DNA of 64,000 bases, taken from contig CM097885.1 in NCBI GenBank assembly GCA_044892525.1, forward strand, positions 188,418,001 to 188,482,000, in the 5' to 3' direction. The notes under the pieces are model-generated. The model was not told where the DNA came from, searched no databases, and saw only the letters and a list, made by a program, of their open reading frames with translations. The DNA comes from Schmidtea polychroa (lineage: Eukaryota). Shown here piece after piece: positions 1-11,715 of this stretch; the first letter of the stretch is position 1, and the number at the start of each line of letters is the position of its first letter. The position numbers and the translations under genes were made by a program.

Positions 1-3000
1 TATTTGGGTAAATTTATTTCTCTTATATCACATGCAATTCAATACATGTCAAAATACTTTCCCCTGAGCCTAGTTGTCTTTTTGAATTAGAGCAATAATT
101 GTCTTATTAAGAAGACATATATCTTTTCATTTTTCTAATTTTATGTAGATTAAAACTATATGATCACCTCTGAAACACAAATTTTTACATAATTCTGGAA
201 GATTTGCAGTGATTCGGAATTCAGATTCCTCCAAAATTTCTTATTCTACATTTTCGGTTCTTATTTAAATCGCTTTTAAAAAAATTGAGTTTAATTAACC
301 GGTTCGTAAGGTAGTCCATGTTTGCTCTTCTATTTTTTGAAGGGTTGATTATTATTACACTAATGAAAAATAATATTTAACCCTTTGGATACCGGCGTGA
401 GCTACGGGTCCAGAGCGATTTTCTCCGAAGTATAAGACACAGATCAAATGTTTTTGCATTATAATTTAGAACTTATAATAACGAACATTTTGAGATATAA
501 ACCAAATTTTTATTATATTCTGATCGTCAGATAATTGAGTTAGAATTTTAAAAATAGGCCTTTTTCAAAGTGAAATAAAACATTGAGGTTGAAGGAAAAA
601 ATTCATAAAACATAAATAATTTGATAGAACCAATATAAATCATACATGGGTAGAAAAACTGCATAGACAATCTAAGTAGAACCTGAGTATTTTTTTAAAA
701 TAGTAAAACCTACTTTTGAAAAATTTTAAATTTTTCTCTTATAAATTTGAATAATTTAGAAATCTCTGAACCAAATTTGCAAACGTCCACGGTATTTTAT
801 CTTTACAAGATGAAAAAATACAAAATTTAGCTTTTAGAACGTTTCAATAAAATTTTAGAATGTTCTAAAAGAAAAAATTTGATATAAATAGCCATCAATA
901 AATCAGTTGTTATCAAAAATGTTATTAGTTATCATCAATAAATAAAATTAAAAAAAATCTTATCTTATCACATAAATCTTACTGACTAATATTATGTCAC
1001 TCAAATTCAGCCAAAATATTCAACTATTTTAGAATTTTTATAACATTTTTTGAAAATAATTTTCTTCTAACCCAAAAGATATTTCAAATTTTTTAAATGT
1101 GTAAAATGATTATCATGAAGTAATCTTCCAAATAAATTTACTTTGGTTGAAAAGAAATTCGGGATATGGAAGGGTTAAATGCAGTTTGATTATCTTATTG
1201 CCTTATTAATAATCCTGACTCAAAAGATTGATGTTGGATAATTAATCAAAAATTTTAAAATAAATTAATTAATTAAATTTTTGTTTATCTTATCAATCCT
1301 TGTGTTGGAGAAAGCAGAAGTCAGTTTTGAAATTAAATTAACCGAAGTTTATAACGAAGTTGTAACCGTTACCGAAACAGGGAACATAATTTTTATATAA
1401 TTTTTCAAATACAAATTCAAATTTCCAATGAATTTTATGTCAATATGAAAATTTTACAAATTGTTTTACAACCAAATTTAATTTAACCAAAATTAATTTA
1501 ATAATTGAAAAATGTCCCCCAAAACAGCGAGAAATAAAATATAATTTTATCTTCATTTGCGCAAACCAATTTCCGGTGATTTACTCTAATCCAATCAAAT
1601 CATTTTAATATGTAATCAAATGTGCATTTTTGTTTATTTGAATAGATTTTAAATCAAGTATACATTTCCGCAAGTTTCATGGACATGATTGTATCAAAAA
1701 TATTCAATAATTATTTATAAATTCAACATTAAATGAAAATATTAAATTAACCACTTAACAAATTATCCCTTCATCTCCAGCAAACTTTATTTACACTGTT
1801 ACATTTGTTAAACATATTTTGTTTAAGTCGGTATCACTGTCTGACTCCTTGGTGTAATCTTATTAAGCAAATCGAACAACCCAACACAATAATAATTTTT
1901 TGGAATTATCACAATTACACTTTTCTTTTATTGCACACTTTAATGAAACAATCTCAATTTACACAACTTTAAATAACTCTCTTTTTACTCTGCACACTTT
2001 TTAATTCGAACCTGAATCTTGAGTAGGGATAAAACTTCCAACGGGAGATGTTCTTTTCTGGTACGCTAGATTCAAAACGATTTGTTTAGCACTAAGTTAA
2101 ATTCACTTTACTCCTTTTCACTATACTATCCCTTTTCTTTCTTCGATCAACTGGCAATTCTGTTTACTTGCCGGTCGTTTTATACCCGTCTCGTAATCTT
2201 ATTATCTCCTTATCAAATTACTTTGGATACTTTTCCTCTGCTTTTCTCTTACTAACCTAATTGGTTTGGGCAATTTATTCATTTTTTTGATAGTTTGCCC
2301 CCAATTTAATTACTTGTCAGCTAATTTGATTGACTACTTGGGTCCTCTCACACTGCTCGAGTTTTCTATTAGCTAATTAATTTTTTAATTAATTTTAGAT
2401 TTCTGTAATTATTTCCTTCTAAGGACCCCCATTGACTTTATTTTTATTATATTTGAACTCGATCATTGTTTAGCATCCGCCCATGCCAGTTTCCCCCGGG
2501 AAATATTAATTTTTAATTTTTTGATTAATAGTTTTGTACTTTAAATTATTATTGTAAATTTCACTTTTTATTGATTTTCACCTCGTTTTTGTGACTCTCT
2601 CTTTAAATCTTAACAATATATTAGTTTATAAAAGTGCATTAATTTGGCTGTTAATTTTCATAAATGGGGTAAATCCATTTGAATATAGCAAACTTTTTAT
2701 CTCCGTAAGACGTATTTAGTAAATCTTATTGTATAATAATATTTACATTATCTTTAACCACGAAATACAAAAAAGTTGGCTGCTAGAACTTATAAATAAT
2801 TTTAAATTTATTGAAACTCAAATCTTTAAATATATTATTATAACACAAAAAATGGTCTGGTCTCCTTTTAAAATAAACCGTTCTATTCTTATTAATTAAT
2901 TTTATAAACAATTTTTCATATACAAAATTCACATGTAAAGTTAATAAAAATTTATTGATTAAATTTAATTTTACAAAAAAATAAATTGAAATTAAAACAA

Positions 3001-3331
3001 TTCCAGTATTTTATTTATTTGTTTCTATTTGCAAAAAACACCAATAAATTAAAACAATTTTTGTAACAAAATCAACGTACAGTGGGGTGGTAATTATACG
3101 CGGATTGTTACATTTCAAACGACATTTGCAAATATCAAGTTCTAAAATTTGGATTTTTGCAGTTAAAAATTTTTAATTAACAACTCTTTTATATAGAGTG
3201 CCTGAAATTCGATGTAAAGTAGGGAATCTAAACGTCATTCGTAAATTTTTTTCTGTCCTTCAATAGTGTTTTCCCAAATACTTTCCTAAATACTTCGATG
3301 TTTATAGTTAAATAAATTAACTACAAAATAG

Positions 3332-6038
3332 TCCAGATAGAACTCGGCCGGTTAGCACTGGTTCGAGTGAGCTCGATGTTAACATAATTTGTTACTTGAA
3401 ATATTTATTTATTTGTGTCCAAATAGTATCTATAATGGGAAGATTTGTATTAATAGTACCATATAAAATTATATAATTTTTTTCCATTAAAAAATGACCA
3501 ATGCTTTCGAATTCTGAGTCTGTATCATAATTCACTAGGTAGCAATTTTATGTCGAAATGCTTCTATGGACCGAAAATACACAGTGATGGTGTCGGTTCA
3601 GGTGACCTGGTATAGTTTATTATATATCATATATTCAGTGAATCATATTCAATGATGTTCTGCTAATTATTTACCAATCAGTTCGCCACGTAAAATATCT
3701 GATTTTTACATTAGGCAGAATAAAAAGTATGAATTGACCGTTCAAATATTTTTTGTTACATCATTTCCAGATTTAATCTGCTACACCCGTTCACAGTGAA
3801 CAAACGCATCTATAATATGGGTTGGTGTGTACAGCCGATTATAAATGCGTCACTTTTTCTGATGAATGATTAAATTTCGGAATTAGGTGTAGTTAATTTA
3901 AGATTAACTATTTTAGCCATTTTGTAAGTGGCTTTCAAACAATTTTTTTTATTTAAAGTAAATTTTAAGACTTGAATTTTAATCCATATAGATATGAGAT
4001 CATTATTCAATCTCTTAAATATTACTTTTTATCAACATTTTTATTATAAATTATTTATAATTAAATTTCAGGATTTTTATGAAATTTTATGAGTTTAACT
4101 ATAAATAAATAAAGTAATCGCCAAACACAATTCTCATTTCTTCCAAAGATGTATAAAAGTTGGATTCTTCGAAATCCAACAAATTATTTCCATGTTCTTC
4201 TAAAATCATTTGTCTTCTGCTACCTCTTTTCTGTTTGCAAATTTCTCCATATTTTTTATATCTGTAAATTATTGTTTCAATCGATTGTTTGGTGATTCCA
4301 AATAATCCTCCAAATTCTTCTTAATTTTCAACATTTTCAAAGGTAATTTAGTCGAATTTTGTCATGTTCTATTAAAAGAACTAATTTTAAATTTATTAAA
4401 AATTGAAGATAAATCTTACGAAATAATGTCTTTATTATCTATACAACTCAAAGTTGAGTTTTCAGTATTTTGGTCAAATTTTTTGGGTCATTTTTTTCTA
4501 AAAATTTCTAAAATGTCTGTAAATGATTTATTATAGTGCGTTTATAAATTACAACGATTCTACATATCGAAATATTGCATGCATTTTTTACTATGTGTTG
4601 TGTTTGTGTGTGTCAGTTTATTTTTTCTATCACTTTCTCACTTTGTATATTAAATGCGTTTGTTCATTGTAACGCTAAAAATCAACACACAGGTAAGTTT
4701 GTATGTTTATATAATATGCACGTATTGATTTTATTTTTACATTATAGATGCGTTTATTCACTGCAAACGGGTGTATAAACAGCCAATTTGGACATATTAT
4801 ATTCACGTGACATTTTTGGTCATCTGTTATTTTCATTAAATTTATGAATGTTTTTTTTCTTGGAATTTTTCAATTTGGCTAAATAAAATTTATTTATTTA
4901 TTAAATAAAATTTTTATGTTTTTTTACCTTTTTAAAGTTTTTCTCTCCAAATTTATAAATTTTAAAACTAAATGAACATTTTGTTATTTATAATAACCAT
5001 TTAAAATAAAATTCGTCTTCATCATTTCTGTTTTTTATTTTTTAAACAGCTCATATTTTTTTTAATTGAGTCCTGCGGCGTCTTTGGCATTGAATTTTTA
5101 ATTTTAATCTGCTACTTTTTGCCCAAATAAAACAATTTTTAAGTTTTTATTACTATTTCTAGTATCGAAAGTTTATATGCATTTTTTACTATGTGTTGTG
5201 TTATTATTAAATATGAAAATGAACAACACCAAAACTCAATTGATAATGGCATGATTGTCTTTGATTTTAAGATTAAATAATATAAGCATAACTTTCCTAT
5301 AATAAATGTACGTTTTTATTTACACCATCAATAAAAACAAAGTTTTAATTAAAAAATTTTCTTTTACTTTTTTAAAAATAGTAAATTAAAAATTCGATTT
5401 TTATTTTACGGTTTTCGAGTTCTTAAGGAAATATTTAAAAAGCGGTTTATAGCGCTAGTGTGGAATGGATTTAATTAAGTTAAATATCCATTTTCGTTCT
5501 GACTGGTTCTGACTGAATGTCATAATGGGTATTTTTGCATTACTCAATGAGCACATTTTCCCGCTTATAGCAGATTGAATTAACAAATCATGTAGTACAT
5601 ATTTAATAATCTTAAGGAGTCTGATAAGCCAATTACCTCATTGCAATTTTTACATCTGTTATTCATCAAATCTCTTGAGAAATTAATTGTTTTTTGTAAT
5701 TTTTTTTAATTATTCATATATTACCAATTATTTTCTTTTAGTCAAGCAATTATCTGACACAGACTCCAGCATCCTGTAGTTCGTCAAAGAGAACGAGTTT
5801 ACGTTTTCCAGAAGATATTGAAAGCGGCACTAATCAAGATCATTTAAATCCAAAATTTGATCACCGGTTCACGAAACATGACAAATCTAGAACGGTCGCA
5901 GATTCTCTCTTGATAACCCCAATTGATAACTCAGATAATTCTAACTCCACGTCCACTTTTGTAACTGATTCCGGCGGTTGCCGAATTAATTTGCTTCCTA
6001 GTTCAACCCCAAGGCAGTTGAGGGAGGATCAAGTGTAA
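3332..6038 (+). CDS. 3' exons of an unidentified host gene (Ser/Thr-rich C-terminal tail ending -EDQV*), partial
   Basis: Candidate exons are 3332-3366, 3539-3609 and 5742-6038. All have AG/GT boundaries (donors GTGAGC, GTATAG; last acceptor TTTTCTTTTAG) and compatible phases 2>1>0. The joined frame is open: PDRTRPVSTGSSSNFMSKCFYGPKIHSDGVGSGDLSSNYLTQTPASCSSSKRTSLRFPED...PRQLREDQV*. The last exon is 98 codons, GC-richer than its flanks, and absent from the ORF track because it has no start codon. No homology recognised. Confidence 0.5.
3784..4773. mobile_element. Non-autonomous Tc1/mariner-type element (990 bp)
   Basis: 33-bp TIRs CACCCGTTCACAGTGAACAAACGCATCTATAAT / CACCCGTTTGCAGTGAATAAACGCATCTATAAT (3 mismatches), flanked by TA at 3782-83 and 4774-75. 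No transposase ORF. Confidence 0.8.
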
Positions 6039-6147
6039 AAATGATGATGTGTAAAAGGAAAATCCAATCTGAGATTATATAATTGATTTAGAAATATGTT
6101 TTATTAGTATTAATATTGTGATGTTGAATTATTTTTACATGCATCTT

Positions 6148-6462
6148 NNNNNNNNNNNNNNNNNNNNNNNNNNNNNNNNNNNNNNNNNNNNNNNNNNNNN
6201 NNNNNNNNNNNNNNNNNNNNNNNNNNNNNNNNNNNNNNNNNNNNNNNNNNNNNNNNNNNNNNNNNNNNNNNNNNNNNNNNNNNNNNNNNNNNNNNNNNNN
6301 NNNNNNNNNNNNNNNNNNNNNNNNNNNNNNNNNNNNNNNNNNNNNNNNNNNNNNNNNNNNNNNNNNNNNNNNNNNNNNNNNNNNNNNNNNNNNNNNNNNN
6401 NNNNNNNNNNNNNNNNNNNNNNNNNNNNNNNNNNNNNNNNNNNNNNNNNNNNNNNNNNNNNN
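6148..6462. other. Assembly gap (315 N)
   Basis: Run of N in the sequence. Confidence 1.
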
Positions 6463-7699
6463 AATTAGTATTTTGATTTAGTACAATTTTTAATGTCTTT
6501 ATGTTGTTATTTATTGTCGGTTTCAAATGTGAAAGTCGTTATGTAACATGAGAATAATTTATTTATTAGTTTTGTTTTAATCTATGTAATTTGAATTTAA
6601 TTTTGTAACTAAACGGCCGAAAGATATTATTTGCAAATATATTAAGTGAGAATCTTTTCAAATTGTCACTAAAATAATTTTCAGTCTTCTCAAGAGCGCA
6701 TCGAGAATGTTGAGATTCTTTTCATATGAAAGTAATATTTAGAGAATAATTAAGATAATTTGTTTTGTCATAATTAGTTAAATTGAACACATTAGATTAA
6801 AATAGAAATTCTTTTACTTTAAAAGCCCTTAATAATGGAAATGGATTTCATAAGTAATAAAATAATATATAAAATATTAATTGTTTCAAACCATTGATTC
6901 AATTCCATTTATATTTTTAATTGTATCGTTTGAAGGTCGACTTGATCGGATATCTGGGCTCGTGGCACATTTCAACTTTATAACTGTTTTACCTCTATCG
7001 TCTGTGCACTCATGGCAATCACAATGTTGGTACTATAAACAAAGGCGGAATGTAAATGAGTAGGTAGACTCCATTGCGAAAACTACCTCCCATTAACATT
7101 TATATAAAGGTTCTCGACTGCTGTTAGAAGGTCTTACTTTGCTTACATATCTTATATCTCGTCACTATTCACGTTTATAGTTAGTCGTGGTTAAGACAAG
7201 ATATGATTCCCTCAGTCTATCCTGCATGAAGCTGCTCAGATGCACACCATCTTCTAAATTTTCATCACATATTAATGGCAAGAAAGCGTTCGTGATTACT
7301 ATTTTATTGGTGTGAACTTCAAATCGGCATCGATGTCTCCTGGAAGTTGGTAGCCCGATAGGACCGGATCCAGTTCAACTTAGGATAAACTTGGCCTCCT
7401 GCGTATTACCTCAGATGCGTTTACTCCTTAATCGGTAAGCTTAGCTCAGAGCAAAACCACGTTCTTTTTAGGTAATACAAACCTTTCATATTAAACAAAT
7501 TTCTATTTTGATTTTCTGAAATATATGTTATTGAAAGAATATCACATCATCATTGGCAAGCATTTTACAACGTGGGTATTTACGAACATTTTTAGTTAAT
7601 TTGATTTTCTTTCAGCTCATACAATAATTAACAATCCTTATCCTTGTCTGTATATAGGAAGGTATTGCGTTGGGCAAAAACTAACTCTGATCTTAATTT

Positions 7700-8422
7700 C
7701 AGAGCCGTAGCTAGGGGGTGGCGAATGGGGCGACCGCTCCGGGCGCCGAGTCGAAGGGCGCCAAAACTGTGAAATGATCATTTAAATTTTTTTGCTTTTC
7801 TTTCTTTTTTTCATATTAAATTTTTATATTCTGCTTTCCATGTTTACTGTTTTTAAAAGTTAAACTAAAACAAAACTGTTTTGCTGATCTATCTAAAGGT
7901 TTTTGCAAACGGGCGACTAAATCCGAAGGTGGCTGATCATGAAAACAGTTTTGAGCTTTAAAAATGCTACTTAGCCTGCAAAGATCTTGAAAATCGTTTG
8001 AAAGAAGGAAGGGCAATTGATGATAATGGTTATAGATATCGATATGCCCGATACAGTAGTCTATATATAAAAACGAAAAATCGGAGAATAGCCTATTCAA
8101 TATTGAAAAAAGAATCAGAATTATTTTTTCATAGTAAGGGAAATTTTGTGAAACATGGTAACTCATTTCTTGCAAACCCGCTGATATGGGAGATGAATGT
8201 ATATATGTATATACACATGTATAATAAATATTTATAATTAATTGGTTTTCGTTATAATATAAGTTTGGTTAAGCATTGCATAGCTTTGCATCTTAATTTG
8301 ACTCTTCAAGACTAATTCCATTCCTGTAAGTACATAATTAATGGGAGTGGCGGATTCTTTTGGTACCAGGGGCGCAAATTTCAATCTCACCCCGGGCGCC
8401 ATTTTCCCTAGCTACGGCTCTG
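7700..8422 (+). mobile_element. Non-autonomous hAT deletion derivative (723 bp)
   Basis: Perfect 17-bp TIR CAGAGCCGTAGCTAGGG and 8-bp TSD CTTAATTT (7692-7699 / 8423-8430). Carries an internal remnant (..DHENSFELKKCYLACKDLENRLKEGRAIDD) resembling the TTF-type zinc-finger region of ZMYM1-like hAT transposases. Confidence 0.92.
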
Positions 8423-11400
8423 CTTAATTTGTTCAGTTAGGAAAACGCAAAAAAAATCAAATAAGATAGGAAAAGATCAACTAAAACAGAATTATAAAAC
8501 AGAGAATCATAATAAAATAACGTAAGGACAAAATAAAAGACACAATAACAAACGAAAATAGAGAAATAAAACACAACACGACAATAAGAGCATATAATAC
8601 AAATTAATCGATACAGAAATAGAAATGACTGAAACTTTAGAAAAACAATTAAATTAAAGATTAAAAAATTATTAAGTTTATAAACAAAATTTATGTTTTA
8701 ATAAAAAGAAAATGATTAAAAATATATAATAAATTAAAAAATATGACAATAATAATTATTAGGAAGTAAAATTTGTTTTAATTAATCAAGGTATGTCGCA
8801 CGAAAAATTAAGTAGATAATATCGTCTAGATCAAATAAAAACATTATATTTATATAGACACTTTACTATAAGGATCTCGGTCAATTTTTATATACCCAAC
8901 TCGTATCAAGAATTAATCAATAAATTTTAATTTAATTTTAATATGCACCATTATTGTTATAAATCTTTTATACTAGTAAAATATTTTCACGGTCCCTTTT
9001 GAAGTTTTAGCAATATTATTCTGAAAATTTAGGTATCCCCTATTTTTCATGCGAATCAGAATATCGTGGCTAGGAGGTCTGGAATTAGTGTGGTCAGTAG
9101 ATAATCCAATCAGTTACCTTCCAGTTAATTTTACCAACCACCCGCCTTCCCTTGAGATCGGCTATGGGAAAGGACTAAACCATACACATGATAAAAGAAA
9201 AATAAAATAGACAAAATATTTGAATAAAGACTAGATGCATGAAATAAGAAATTAATTTATAACATTTTATCAACACCCAGAAGCAGACTAAAAAGTATGC
9301 GGTAAAATTTAAAACTCGGAATCGTAAAGTTGAAAAATAAAAATGGATTGTACAAATCATTGTGAAAATAACAAGTCAAAGTTACAATTAGTCTCTCAAT
9401 TTAAAAAATAAGAAAAGTCGTGCAAATCATGCAAATTTACAGTAGAGAATTGAGTTTGAGAGAGAACTGATGTCGAACAAACGATCAAACAAAAAGGATT
9501 TTGAACTTATTTGAACAAAATCCCACTACTATAATATTTTGATTTTATTGTCAAATACAGATTATTCCCATTTTACCATATTTAGTAAATTTTTGATCAT
9601 CAAATTATCCTCATGATAAAACTGTTATTACCACATTACCACATTTTACCCTGTCTTGCTGTTTCCAGGGTAACGCATAATGCAAGGTTGCTGTGCCACT
9701 CGATACCCGTTTAGAAATCAACTTTGGAACTGTATCGAATGGGTGAGTACTTGCTAAAAGTGAGCGTACCTTTGTACACTATAATTGATAGGTACTAGAA
9801 CGGTTTTGCGGACTGACGTTAGATGGCCTATATCCGACTTAGTTCTAGGTTCTTTGTTTATTGGTTGTTCTCTCTACAATGGCTCGGAAATCATATCATC
9901 AGCTCTACTATATAGTCATACTAACAAATTACACTAGAGTTTTATTTCGAATTACAATATTGTATAAGTGAGCTCTATTGATATTCCGTGTCCTAGACGA
10001 CTCCTCTCGCGTATCCTTGCTAAGATATCTGGGTTTTCCATCACCGTCACACGGGCCTCTAGTAACTGTTGCCTTGTTTCCCTCAGCTGTTGCAATTTGA
10101 TTCGTTGCTCTTGTAGGTATTTTTCCACTGAAATTGCATATTATTTACAATATTATTTAACTCTATAACTCGATAACCCGATATTATTTACAATAATGGT
10201 TGTTATGTATGCCAACAATTACAGGCACCAACATGGGAAATCCCAAATTGTACATTATGTCTTAGTTGCGGATGAAAGTTAGGCTAGTAATGAGTTGCTC
10301 TACTTTCCGCATTAATTATCAATTGAAAAACACAAAAAAAATCATTTATTTATTAGTACACGCATCACTATAGGAGTCAAGGCTCAATTATTTCTTTCCC
10401 AAACTCCTTGCTATCCGGGCTTCCTTACAAGCCCACCTTGTAGCTCGCGCCCGCTTTCTCGGCTTGTTAGGCTTAGTCACTCGTCCCGATGGGATGCTGG
10501 TTCGCTTCTAAGTTCAGTAGAAAGCGGTTTTATTGAAATCAGCAGTTGGACCTGCTACGTCACATACTCGTTGATTCAGGTATTGTCAGTAAAATGTTGA
10601 CTAATAATTGAAAACAAAACGTTATTTCACAGGATTGGAAAACTTTAATATGAATAACTACGTCATAAATTCTAAATTTTAGGTGTGCCTATTGATTTCG
10701 ATATAAAAATGACACGTTTACATTAGCAAGCCTATCGGGTTGTTATAATCACTTACCCAGTAAGCAACTATTTCCCAATCGATTATTGTTGGCCTATCAG
10801 TTGATGATACATATGTGATTGATGAAGTGAATTTTTATGACTATGTGCAAATTCTTTGATAATTTATTCCATAATCTTTTCCGGTATTGGATTTACTTAT
10901 TACCTAATTAGTACTCACTCCGTAGACTATCCTATTTATTAATTGTTCATCACTAATTTTGCTATTTGAACTGGAAACGAACCTCCTGACACCAGTGTAC
11001 CACAGACACTTCGGTTGGTTGATAACAAGGGTTCACTGTAGGACAGATACATTTCTGTTCAGCCATTATAGATAAACTGACCATTCACGAGCATAAAATA
11101 GTTCATACATTTTATACAGTTCCGGAATGTCTAGCGTCTGAAAAATGAAAACATGGATTGTTTTAGAGCATACGAACTAAATAATGAATTTTCGCAGGAC
11201 ATATATAGTAATTTTTAATGCTCGCCTATACATTCGTTGCTACTCTGTAAAATCAGGGTGTTTAAAATTCTTAAAACTTTAACTTGGAATTTCGAGGTCA
11301 ATGATAAGAATTTTAAATAGTAAGGTACCGTAACTGGTATTCCATTGATACACGAAAGTCAATTTTATAATAATTTTTATAATAATATAAAATGACATTA

Positions 11401-11543
11401 AAACATAAAAATTTATGTTTGAATTAATTTTGATTTTAATTTAATTAAAAAATAAGTTTTTAATTAAAGTTTCAAATTTCGGAATTTCCATTAAGTCAAA
11501 GCTTATTGTTTCGCTATTATTAAATAGTATTTTTTCATTTCAT

Positions 11544-11561
11544 TATATATATATATATATA
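11544..11561. repeat. (TA)9 microsatellite upstream of the SGTA start
   Basis: Direct reading; about 155 bp upstream of the ATG at 11716. Confidence 0.9.
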
Positions 11562-11715
11562 TTGATTTAAAAAGCTGTTTGTACATGAGTATAGTAATGT
11601 TTTAAGTACCAGATTTGTTCCATAATTTAAAGAAAATTCTATTTCAACGTTTGTTTAAATTTACAACTGTTCCACATATTATTTGACTGATTAGATATTC
11701 TAATATTTTCTATTG

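Noticed and set aside
381-1174. piggyBac-like element bounded by TTAA-CCCTT...AAGGG-TTAA
   Set aside because: The terminal match is only 5 bp (CCCTT) before it diverges. The two ends may belong to different elements, so it is not supportable as one feature.
1790-2620. GC-enriched, pyrimidine-rich block resembling a solo LTR (similar block at 42120-42570)
   Set aside because: No paired termini with a TSD and no second copy in the window.
6110-6526. ORFs of 116-153 aa here and at 41108-41569
   Set aside because: Their length comes from reading through N gaps.
10960-11160. GC-enriched patch upstream of SGTA with acceptor/donor-like sites on the minus strand
   Set aside because: All frames between the candidate splice sites contain stops; no recognisable product.
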